Positions 35,853-43,110 of a DNA stretch of 43,110 bases are shown here, in pieces. The stretch covers positions 1 through 43,110 of IMG/VR virus record IMGVR_UViG_3300043117_000136; one strand, written 5' to 3'. Positions within the stretch are counted from its first letter, which is position 1, and every line of letters starts with the position of its first letter. The stretch is from a virus (Duplodnaviria > Caudoviricetes). The notes beneath the pieces are model-generated. The model was not told the DNA's origin. It saw only the letters and a list, made by a program, of their open reading frames with translations, and searched no databases. A program made the position numbers and the translations under genes.

Positions 35853-36118
35853 TTCAACACCCCCTGTCTGACCGCCTGTACAACAGTACGGCACACCATT
35901 TCACACTGATCAAACTTTTCGGGGTTCTGGTGGATGAACCGGTGACATGCCATGCAAAGCGGTATTGCGAGGATGTCATCAGCCTTGAGACCGGCACCGC
36001 TAAAATTGCCCACGCCTTTGATGTGATGCGCCTCGGCTTCCGGGAATTCGCACACGCAACAAGGCTGTTTCCGTACCCAATCCAGATATTTTTGCGATCT
36101 CCAACGCACAGTGTTCAT
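35849..36118 (-). CDS. DUF968-like Zn/HNH-type protein
   Basis: KYL.WV..QPC.VC...AHH...K..D...IPLC..CH. Confidence 0.8.
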   Translation of the reverse strand: MNTVRWRSQKYLDWVRKQPCCVCEFPEAEAHHIKGVGNFSGAGLKADDILAIPLCMACHRFIHQNPEKFDQCEMVCRTVVQAVRQGVLK

Positions 36119-36519
36119 AGTTCCCTTTCTCCCGGGACCGGCAAGAATAAGTGGAGCCTGTCAGCACAGAACATTTCAATATTGTCCATGTACTCAGCAA
36201 ATTCCGCCGTGTCCATTTTTGTTGTTGTTTGCCTGATTTTCAGCGCTTGCCCCCCCACCGTGACCACCTTAGTGGGGAGAAAGCGCCCCTTAAAAAACTC
36301 GTGTATGTCCTCCGCGCTGTATATCTGCCCTGTGCTATCTGCTATGTGTAGCCGTATAACGTCCAGGCGCACCCAATACAGCGCGTTTTGTGACAAACTG
36401 CGCTTGCTTTTGTGCGGTCTAATTATTACTTCATGCGGCCCTTCCTCCGGCAACGCTCTGATTAGGTCGCACGCTCTTTCCGCTATTAGTTTGTTGGTTA
36501 TTACAAACTTCTGTTTCAT
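36115..36519 (-). CDS. NinB/Orf-like recombination protein
   Basis: KRSLSQNALYW...HE.FK..FL...TT.M...EF..Y...IE. Confidence 0.8.
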   Translation of the reverse strand: MKQKFVITNKLIAERACDLIRALPEEGPHEVIIRPHKSKRSLSQNALYWVRLDVIRLHIADSTGQIYSAEDIHEFFKGRFLPTKVVTVGGQALKIRQTTTKMDTAEFAEYMDNIEMFCADRLHLFLPVPGEREL

Positions 36520-36655
36520 ACAAAAGCCCTACCAATGCCGGGAAGTCATCCCCGAAATGTTTGACCGCACAGCTTAAACAAATGCTGTGCGTCTCCCCTT
36601 CCTCCCCCCCTTTTTCACCGATCACCTCACCGCACCATGCACAAATTACCTTCAT
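36431..36655 (-). CDS. Small Cys-rich protein
   Basis: CAWC...THSIC..C; ATGA overlap with erf. Confidence 0.6.
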   Translation of the reverse strand: MKVICAWCGEVIGEKGGEEGETHSICLSCAVKHFGDDFPALVGLLYETEVCNNQQTNSGKSVRPNQSVAGGRAA

Positions 36656-37284
36656 GCCGCGCCCTCAAATTTCTTTTTCAGCTCGTCCTTTTTGGCGTTA
36701 AACTGGGTCATTTCCTTTTTGTTGAAATGTTCCCGGGCCATCGGATACCGGTTCTTGTATATTGCGCCGAGGTCTCCAAGGTCCATAGCCCCTTCCATTT
36801 CGGTTATTACGTTTTCAAGCGGGATAAAATCAGGCAAAGGGGGCTTCTGAGTGGGCTTCTGCTCTTTCTTTTTGCCTTCCTCTTCGTGCTGATTTGTCGC
36901 GTCTGCGTCCTTGGCATCGTCAATCAGGAATAGGCCATTGAGAGCGTATTTTCTGGCGTAGCTGGACGCCGCGCCGGTGATCTGGCTTGCGTCCATGCCT
37001 TTTTTGGTTTCGGGTTCCCGGGCATATGCTGACACTTCCACCCCAAAAGCCCCAGCGCGGAAAATGGCATCTGCCTTGACGTATACCAACCCGCCAACCT
37101 CAACAATTGTGTCGGTCAGCGTCAACATAGCCCCGTATTTTGCCAACAGGGGCTTTACTGTTTCAAGAATATCTTCACAACTGCGGTAACTGTACCCCCC
37201 GAATTTATTAAACTGGGATTTCGGTACCTTGAGTTCTTCCTGGATTTTTTGCAATGCGTTTGCGGTTTCTTCTAGTTCGCACAT
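36652..37284 (-). CDS. erf: ERF-family single-strand annealing protein
   Basis: N.FG.Y.YRS.EDI; Q.TGAASSYARKYAL.GLF.IDD.KD.D. Confidence 0.93.
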   Translation of the reverse strand: MCELEETANALQKIQEELKVPKSQFNKFGGYSYRSCEDILETVKPLLAKYGAMLTLTDTIVEVGGLVYVKADAIFRAGAFGVEVSAYAREPETKKGMDASQITGAASSYARKYALNGLFLIDDAKDADATNQHEEEGKKKEQKPTQKPPLPDFIPLENVITEMEGAMDLGDLGAIYKNRYPMAREHFNKKEMTQFNAKKDELKKKFEGAA

Positions 37285-37295
37285 ATCCCCCCCTT

Positions 37296-37781
37296 TTATT
37301 TGATATCAATTCTGGTGTCTTGCACCAACTTGGCCCCTTTGACCTCTTCACCGCCCTTGATGGCGGCGGCTAGGGCAGATTTGTTCAACTGGAATTGTTC
37401 AGGAATAACAGTAAAGTACCTAGCCGGTATTTCCTCCTCATTGTCGATTGCAACCTTAGGCGGGTTTTTTTTGATTTTCACCGTGTGGGAGCCAACTTGA
37501 AGTTCATCCCTTCCCGCCGTCTCCATGGCCCGCTTGAGGTAGCTCTTGATATTGCCAATGCGAGCGTCTGCCGCCTTCCTGTGCGCAGCAATCCGGTTTT
37601 CCTCTTTTTTGCAGTAATCAACAAACGCTTGCAAGCGATCGGAAAAAACGGCTATTCCCTCGGCTTTTGCCTCAAGGGAAGTTGTCAGCTCCCCGAGGGC
37701 CGTTTCAGTTTCTTCCGTCCATTCTTCGGTTTCGAGTATTGACCTGATTTCCGCCGCGATCTCATAGAGTTTTAGTTCCAT
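37296..37781 (-). CDS. Siphovirus Gp157 family protein
   Basis: LYEI, KKNPPKV.I..E..IP and GA.LVQ motifs; start reassigned to 37781. Confidence 0.88.
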   Translation of the reverse strand: MELKLYEIAAEIRSILETEEWTEETETALGELTTSLEAKAEGIAVFSDRLQAFVDYCKKEENRIAAHRKAADARIGNIKSYLKRAMETAGRDELQVGSHTVKIKKNPPKVAIDNEEEIPARYFTVIPEQFQLNKSALAAAIKGGEEVKGAKLVQDTRIDIK

Positions 37782-38010
37782 CGGCTTTCTTTGCCTCCCG
37801 TTTGTATGCGACATAATTGACAAAGCGCGGGGGAGACGTACCAACATACGACGCCCCTTCAGATTTCGGCATGTCATGACAAACTATAAACGTGCCGCCC
37901 GTGCCATCGTTCGATAGTCTGACATAACTTTTGGCTCCGGTTTTGGCCCTGATCTTGTCGCAAAGCTCGGCCACCATGTTCCCCAATTCGATCAACTCTT
38001 GTTCTGTCAT
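37762..38010 (-). CDS. Hypothetical protein, paralogue of 39135-39356
   Basis: MTEQELIELG...KTGAK...DGTGG...CH.MPK shared. Confidence 0.75.
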   Translation of the reverse strand: MTEQELIELGNMVAELCDKIRAKTGAKSYVRLSNDGTGGTFIVCHDMPKSEGASYVGTSPPRFVNYVAYKREAKKADGTKTL

Positions 38011-38231
38011 TTCTCTCCCCTCTCTTTTTGGATTTCTTGCACTATCTCAGCAACGTAGCGCATATTGTCACTAAGCCTTTTGTTTTCTCTCCGTATCTCC
38101 CTCAATTTCTTTTTCCGGGACACCGCTATAGCTCTCATACTCTTTGCCCCCTATTGTTACACCCATTTTCCCGTTTGCCTGGGGGGTTCTGTTACGGTGA
38201 TACCAGTTTATTTCCCCGCGGGTATCCCCGA

Positions 38232-38402
38232 TCATTCCGTCACCTCCAACGCTAGAGCCACCGCTTCCCTGGCCGACTCTGTTCTTTGCTGCATTTCCGT
38301 AGGTATTGCGTATTCTACGGCAACCCACAAAATAAGCCAAACGAGGCCGCCCAGCAGGCAACCGTAAAGAATGCCCTCAAAAGGACTCAAGTTGTTTTTC
38401 AT
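38232..38402 (-). CDS. Small membrane protein (56 aa, not in the ORF track)
   Basis: MKNNLSPFEGILYGCLLGGLVWLILWVAVEY...; AAAGGGGG RBS. Confidence 0.65.
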   Translation of the reverse strand: MKNNLSPFEGILYGCLLGGLVWLILWVAVEYAIPTEMQQRTESAREAVALALEVTE

Positions 38403-38456
38403 GGTTTCCCCCTTTTGCGCCCCTGGCCGTAACCAGGGGCGTTGAAAACGGAATGT

Positions 38457-38744
38457 TTAAAACTCCGTTCCCATCATATTTTCCACGTTTGCCGCGCTTA
38501 TCGCGGAGATTTCGCCACAATCTTTGCAATTTACTATATCTCTTCGCGCCGCTCTTTCGCAGCGCAAGCGGGCGTTTTCTAGCGTTTTGTGGTGCTTAAC
38601 GGCGCTGTAAACGCTGTTCGTGATAATGCTGACGGTCCCCTCAAAAAAAGCACTCATTTCCTCGATTGTCCCATAAATGTAGGTGCCCTCGTTGGAAAAA
38701 CCCCTGGGTGAGTACCACGCTGACCTAAAACCTAATTTTTTCAT
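38457..38744 (-). CDS. Hypothetical early protein
   Basis: Strong RBS inside the repeat spacer. Confidence 0.7.
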   Translation of the reverse strand: MKKLGFRSAWYSPRGFSNEGTYIYGTIEEMSAFFEGTVSIITNSVYSAVKHHKTLENARLRCERAARRDIVNCKDCGEISAISAANVENMMGTEF

Positions 38745-38813
38745 CTCTCCCCCTTTCCCGGCTCCTGTGCCGGGGCTCCGTGCCCCTGGCCGTAACCAGG
38801 GGCGGTTATCACG

Positions 38814-39077
38814 CTAAATTTTTTTATCTATATCTGAAATAGCATTTTTTAATTGCTCCATAGCCTTAGACGATATGCCCGCATCATTGCCTGTTATTGC
38901 AAAAACAATTCTTTCATATATAAGTTTGTTTATTTTTGCTGTTTCGCTATTCAGGTCAGTAATACAAATTCTTCTGACGCTGGCTTCAGTCTGATTTTTA
39001 ATTCTAGCAACTGTTAATGTCGCTAGTTCAGAAATAGCAGCATTAATTTCGTCGGTTATCATATCAGCCAGAAACAT
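38814..39077 (-). CDS. Hypothetical early protein (AT-rich)
   Basis: Strong RBS inside the repeat spacer. Confidence 0.7.
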   Translation of the reverse strand: MFLADMITDEINAAISELATLTVARIKNQTEASVRRICITDLNSETAKINKLIYERIVFAITGNDAGISSKAMEQLKNAISDIDKKI

Positions 39078-39134
39078 AATCTCCCCCTTTCCCGGCTCTC
39101 CGGGGCCGGGACTCCGTGCCCCAAATGGGGCTTG

Positions 39135-39356
39135 TTATTTTTCGCAAACCGCGGCGTAATCAATCAAACGGCGATAGTTCCCTTCGGCAACATATGTTTC
39201 GTGCACCATTTTTGGCATTCCGTGACACGTGACCCACGAACCGCCCGTGCCGTCGTCCGCGAAATCAATAAAGCCCTTAGCTCCCGTTTTCTCTCTGATA
39301 AAATCGGATACCTGCGCAATCCGGTACCCAATTTCAAGCAATTCCCGTTCCGTCAT
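39135..39356 (-). CDS. First gene of the early arm; paralogue of 37762-38010
   Basis: AAGGGGGAGG RBS before ATG 39356. Confidence 0.75.
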   Translation of the reverse strand: MTERELLEIGYRIAQVSDFIREKTGAKGFIDFADDGTGGSWVTCHGMPKMVHETYVAEGNYRRLIDYAAVCEK

Positions 39357-39408
39357 AACCTCCCCCTTCCCCGGCTCCAGTGCCGGGTTTGTTGTTTGTG
39401 TTGTATAG

Positions 39409-39436
39409 ATAATAACACATTGCGGTAATGTGTCAA
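39409..39436 (-). promoter_or_regulatory. Leftward early promoter with a palindromic operator
   Basis: TTGACA-16-TATTAT; ACACATT-N5-AATGTGT at 39415-39433. Confidence 0.7.
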
Positions 39437-39480
39437 GAAGAAAATGAAGAATGAACAAAAAAAATGAATAAAAAAATATC

Positions 39481-39509
39481 TGGACAAAATAAAAAGCCTG
39501 TAATATAAT
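39481..39509 (+). promoter_or_regulatory. Rightward promoter
   Basis: TGGACA-17-TATAAT. Confidence 0.65.
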
Positions 39510-39603
39510 GTTGGCTAATCTTACAATTGTCTAAAAAGCACGAAACCGGCTCAACGGGGTAACCCGCTGGGCTTTTTTAGTTATACGGCCCTGTGTGGGC
39601 TGG

Positions 39604-39642
39604 CCCTGGTAGGTTTCTCTCCTCTCCCTGCCAGGGTTTTTT
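39604..39642 (+). terminator. Intrinsic terminator with a pyrimidine (anti-SD-like) loop
   Basis: CCCTGGTAGG/CCTGCCAGGG stem, loop TTTCTCTCCTCTC, T6; an earlier hairpin plus T-run at ~39548-39578. Confidence 0.65.
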
Positions 39643-39658
39643 ATTAAGGGGCGTGTGT

Positions 39659-39844
39659 ATGGCATGTAATCGTGATCGTTGCTGTGCTGCATGCCCTGAG
39701 CGTTGGCGATGTAGCCAAGCATGCGGAGTGTTTAGGGGGGAGGATGCCGAGTGCCCAGACGAGGACAAGCGGCAAAAAGCGTTAAGAGCAAGATTTTGGG
39801 CGGAGGTGGATGATGGCAAAGGGGACACCCAAGCGGGACGGTAG
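39659..39844 (+). CDS. Small Cys-rich protein
   Basis: MACNRDRCCAACPERWRC...; AAGGGG RBS. Confidence 0.55.
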   Translation: MACNRDRCCAACPERWRCSQACGVFRGEDAECPDEDKRQKALRARFWAEVDDGKGDTQAGR

Positions 39845-39994
39845 CGGCAAAGGCGAGAGGCGGAACAAGGGGCGCGGTGGATGCAACCCCCCTAAAGACC
39901 GGGGTAGGAGATAATGCCTAGCGAGCTTACGCTCAAACAGCGCAAATTTGTTGAAGCGTTTAAGGGCAACGCAACCGAAGCGGCACGGGTCGCA
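39723..39994 (+). repeat. Direct repeat copy 2 of 1-272
   Basis: See 1-272. Confidence 0.97.
39813..39914 (+). CDS. Small basic peptide MAKGTPKRDGSGKGERRNKGRGGCNPPKDRGRR
   Basis: GGAGG RBS; stop overlaps the terS ATG. Confidence 0.6.
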   Translation: MAKGTPKRDGSGKGERRNKGRGGCNPPKDRGRR

Positions 39995-40327
39995 GGGTAT
40001 AAGGGCAATGATGTGACATTGGCCGCTGTTGGTGCCGAGAACCTCAGAAAGCCTCAGATACTAGAGGCTATTCGGCAGCGCAACGCAGGAGAGCAAAAGA
40101 AGCGGATAGCGACGAGGGAGGACCGGCAAGCGTTTTGGACAGGCATTATGCGAGATGAAGCCAAGGAGTTGCGCGACCGCCTCAAAGCGTCCGAGTTGCT
40201 GGGCAAAAGTGAGGCCGACTTTATCGAGCGCAGGGAGGTAAGCGGCCCCAAGGGCGGGCCCATCCAGACCGCTACGATGGATGTCCAGGCTCTGGAGGCA
40301 GCGATTGGAGCCGAAGGGACCGAATAA
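39914..40327 (+). CDS. terS: Second terminase small subunit
   Basis: LT.KQ.KFV...GNATEAAR.AGY...ENLRKP.I...DRLKASELLGK. Confidence 0.92.
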   Translation: MPSELTLKQRKFVEAFKGNATEAARVAGYKGNDVTLAAVGAENLRKPQILEAIRQRNAGEQKKRIATREDRQAFWTGIMRDEAKELRDRLKASELLGKSEADFIERREVSGPKGGPIQTATMDVQALEAAIGAEGTE

Positions 40328-41942
40328 GGAGTACGCGCGGCAGGCTATAGAGTACCTGCAGGGAGCAACCTACAAGGGAGCGCTCAAGGTCTACTTAGCC
40401 GTTGCGACGGACCCCCACCTTGATGATGGCGTGCTGGCCGAGATCGGGAAGGCAGACCGGTATTTTCTCTTAACCCAACTGCTGAGGCGCAAGGACGCGC
40501 TCCATCCGTGGCTGTATGAGCGCTGCCGGGAGGTGGAAGCCGACCCCGATAACCATCTGGACCTGTGGGCTAGGGAGCACTACAAGAGCACGATCATTAC
40601 GTTTGCCGGCTGCATTCAGGAAATATTGAGGGACCCGGAAATAACAATCGGGATATTTAGCCATACCCGCCCAATCGCTAAAGCGTTTCTCTATCAAATT
40701 CAGGGAGAGCTGCAAAACAACGATACGCTGATACGGCTATATCCTGACGTATTATGGGCAGACCCACGCAAAGAGGCGCCTACCTGGAGCCTGGACAGCG
40801 GCATAGTCGTAAGAAGGACCGGGAACCCGAAAGAGAAAACAATTGAGGCGTGGGGGCTTGTAGATGGGCAACCGGTTTCAAAGCATTTCCGGCTGATGGT
40901 CTACGATGACGTCGTGACGTTGACGTCTGTTGGCTCTCCCAACATGATCTTAAAGACCACTGAGGCGTGGGAGCTGTCGCGGAACCTCAGCGCGCAGAAC
41001 GGGGCGGAAAGCAGGCGCACTTGGTATATCGGCACTCGATATAATTTAGCCGACACATATCGTGTGATGCTAGACCGCAGGGTGGCAATTCCCCGCCTTT
41101 ACCCTGCAACCGATGACGGAACGCCAGACGGCAAGCCAGTTCTTTTGAGTCCGGCCGATTGGGACGAAAAAAAGACGGAGTCTAGCACATACGTTATTGC
41201 TTGTCAAATGTTGCAAAACCCAATAGCGGGCAGCGAGCAAGAGTTCAAACCGGAGTGGTTGCGGCGGTGGGAGGTAAGACCGGAGACCCTCAACGTTGCG
41301 ATTGTGGTTGACCCCGCTAACAGCACAAAAAAGGGGAGCTGCAACACTGCCATGGCGGTGCTTGGCGTGGACAGCGCAGGCAATAAATACCTTCTCGACG
41401 GGGCCTTGCACAAGATGACCCTTGCCGAGCGGTGGACCATGCTTAAAGGCTTGCGGTCAAAATGGATACAGCAACCGGGCATACAGACCGTGACGGTAGG
41501 GTATGAGCGGTACGGGATGCAGGCCGACATTGACCACTTTAACGAGATGATGCGGCTCGAGAAGAGCTTTTTCCCTATCGAGGAGGTTTCGTGGGTGCGC
41601 GATGGGGAGAACGCAAAGGATGACCGCATCAGGCGTCTGGTCCCCGATCACCAGAATTGGCGGTTTTTTTATCCTTACGACGGCCCGGCAACCTCGACAA
41701 TGCGCGAAGCCGAGAGCACGCACAGGGGGCACCTAGTCGCGAAGCCCATCAAAAGGAAGAACGCAGAGGGGCGGCTATACGACCTGGTTGAGTGGTTCGT
41801 GGCCAATGAGTACTTGTTTTTCCCTGCAACCACTGCCAAGGATTTTTTGGATGCCATGAGCCGTATCTACGATCTGGACATCCAGCCGCCGGTGATCATG
41901 AGCGAGAGGGACGTTTTACCGGAATACGCCGGGGATTTTTGA
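40281..41942 (+). CDS. terL: Second terminase large subunit (different family from 1259-2650)
   Basis: Walker A variant AREHYKST, Walker B VYDDVV, IGTRY, nuclease VDPA; TTG at 40305 after GGAGG may be the real start. Confidence 0.9.
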   Translation: MSRLWRQRLEPKGPNKEYARQAIEYLQGATYKGALKVYLAVATDPHLDDGVLAEIGKADRYFLLTQLLRRKDALHPWLYERCREVEADPDNHLDLWAREHYKSTIITFAGCIQEILRDPEITIGIFSHTRPIAKAFLYQIQGELQNNDTLIRLYPDVLWADPRKEAPTWSLDSGIVVRRTGNPKEKTIEAWGLVDGQPVSKHFRLMVYDDVVTLTSVGSPNMILKTTEAWELSRNLSAQNGAESRRTWYIGTRYNLADTYRVMLDRRVAIPRLYPATDDGTPDGKPVLLSPADWDEKKTESSTYVIACQMLQNPIAGSEQEFKPEWLRRWEVRPETLNVAIVVDPANSTKKGSCNTAMAVLGVDSAGNKYLLDGALHKMTLAERWTMLKGLRSKWIQQPGIQTVTVGYERYGMQADIDHFNEMMRLEKSFFPIEEVSWVRDGENAKDDRIRRLVPDHQNWRFFYPYDGPATSTMREAESTHRGHLVAKPIKRKNAEGRLYDLVEWFVANEYLFFPATTAKDFLDAMSRIYDLDIQPPVIMSERDVLPEYAGDF

Positions 41943-42043
41943 TTTTGTACCATATATGGAAGTGGTTAAAATCACAGGTGTTAAATGCGTTTTCTCCCGA
42001 GGGCGGATACCATGTCCCATACCAAATATGGTAAAGGTGATTT

Positions 42044-42244
42044 ATGAGTCGGCAACTAACGTGGTTAGCGCAGGTCCTAAGCGCCGACCCTGATCATTAC
42101 AAGAAAGATTGCGCTTACAAGTTCTCCAACGGGCGGCGGTTTGAGTCGGCAGACGCTAACAGGACGTGGGCGTATGATGACGACCTACCAACGGGCGGTT
42201 CGTATATTGTCGATGAGAGCGGCAACGCGATTGTTTGGGAGTAG
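42044..42244 (+). CDS. Hypothetical protein
   Basis: AAGGTG RBS; fits the operon. Confidence 0.6.
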   Translation: MSRQLTWLAQVLSADPDHYKKDCAYKFSNGRRFESADANRTWAYDDDLPTGGSYIVDESGNAIVWE

Positions 42245-42251
42245 CTGGGAT

Positions 42252-42602
42252 ATGATGGTAAACTGGACTTTCGACGGAACGCCGAGCTTAGATGAGATTG
42301 ACATGGCAAGGCGGATACATGACAAGCTGGCGCAGTGCTACCCGGGGCATGTGTGGGGCGTTAACGTGGACGCGACCGGCGGAATTGTGGATATTCGCAA
42401 TTTTGGCGTATCGTACGGATATGGTTACAGGCTTTTGTTGACTACTGTCTACAGTGACCCCGGCTTGCGGTGCGTTGTCATGGCCGGAGGTGAAATTCTA
42501 GAGCGCGCCAGGCTGGCAAGGGGCGTGTCCGACGGTAGTCAAGCGGTTCATATCGATGGCGTACCGGACAAACATCAGCCCATAGGCGGTATTATTCAAT
42601 GA
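42252..42602 (+). CDS. Hypothetical protein between terL and portal
   Basis: YPGH.W.V...AGGEILERA.L.RG; ATGA overlap with the next gene. Confidence 0.7.
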   Translation: MMVNWTFDGTPSLDEIDMARRIHDKLAQCYPGHVWGVNVDATGGIVDIRNFGVSYGYGYRLLLTTVYSDPGLRCVVMAGGEILERARLARGVSDGSQAVHIDGVPDKHQPIGGIIQ

Positions 42603-43110
42603 CCGAAACCGGCAAAAACAATATCTGGTTGCAGCGTGCCAAAAGCGCTTACGATTCCTCGACCTCCTACATAGACAACAACTACAGGGAGCGTTGGGAG
42701 GATAACCTGCGGCATTTCCAGAACAGGCACCACGGAGAGAGCAAGTATTACAAGGACTCGTACAAGTACCGTTCAAAGATATTCCGTCCTAAAACCCGGT
42801 CAGCAGTAAGGAGCAACGAAGCTGCAGCGATGGCGGCGTTTTTCGGCAACATGGATGTAGTTGACGCCGAGGCGATGAACACAGACGATATCAACCAGGT
42901 TGCGAGCGCAGAGGTTGCTAAAGCCCTTCTTAACTACCGCCTGCAACATACGATACCCTGGTTTATGCTGTGCATTGGCGCAGTCCAGGAAGCGCAGGTT
43001 TACGGCGTTGTTTGCAGCTATCAAAAGTGGATTTACGAGGAAAAGATCACCCACGTGGAAATGCCCGTCTTGGGGATGGATGGGCAACAGCTTATTGACG
43101 ATCGCACCGG
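42599..43110 (+). CDS. Portal protein, podovirus-type (5' part; runs off the window)
   Basis: Manual translation MTETGKNNIWLQRAK...YRSKIFRPKTRSAVR...ALLNYRL...; open to the window end; follows terL. Confidence 0.75.
   Translation, partial: MTETGKNNIWLQRAKSAYDSSTSYIDNNYRERWEDNLRHFQNRHHGESKYYKDSYKYRSKIFRPKTRSAVRSNEAAAMAAFFGNMDVVDAEAMNTDDINQVASAEVAKALLNYRLQHTIPWFMLCIGAVQEAQVYGVVCSYQKWIYEEKITHVEMPVLGMDGQQLIDDRT

Larger units (their letters stand above)
38405..39388 (-). repeat. Repeated hairpin + RBS spacers between small early genes
   Basis: 23-bp GCCCCTGGCCGTAACCAGGGGCG at 38419 and 38782; TCCCCCTT(T/C)CCCGGCTC..GCCGGG at ~38748, ~39082 and ~39361. Confidence 0.85.

Noticed and set aside
38405-39388. 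Integron attC array or CRISPR
   Set aside because: No RYYYAAC/GTTRRRY box layout recognised, no integron integrase, and the spacers are whole genes.
1-43110. Reverse transcriptase, tRNA or rRNA genes
   Set aside because: No ORF of suitable size with RT motifs and no cloverleaf seen by eye; HMM and tRNAscan runs would be needed to exclude them formally.

Overview
The whole window is tailed-phage DNA, and it is a mosaic. (1) 846-22877 (+) is a complete contractile-tail (myovirus-type) virion module: TerS, TerL, portal, gpF, protease/scaffold, capsid, neck, sheath, tube, frameshifted chaperone, tape measure, baseplate, two tandem Mtd-like receptor-binding proteins, holin and spanins. (2) 23026-39356 (-) is an early/replication arm: transglycosylase, clamp-like proteins, a truncated IS607 recombinase cassette carrying an MT-A70 methyltransferase, ThyX, an IS200/IS605-type TnpB element, a lambda-O-like initiator with iterons, extra HTH paralogues, SSB, RNA ligase, NinB-like, ERF, Gp157, and small genes separated by repeats. 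(3) 39659-43110 (+) starts a second, unrelated packaging module (TerS, TerL, podovirus-type portal). Bases 1-272 repeat 39723-39994, so the same sequence leads into two different virion modules. At the left copy the terS gene is cut by an IS right-end scar. Top observations: twin DGR-type variable regions with an adenine-specific mutation pattern but no template repeat or reverse transcriptase in the window; the virion-module swap; an HTH paralogue ending in an SSB C-terminal tip; and promoter-driven small RNAs with anti-Shine-Dalgarno loops. I see no integrase, cI-like repressor, tRNA, rRNA or CRISPR array. Family assignments come from recognised motifs and gene order, not from database searches.
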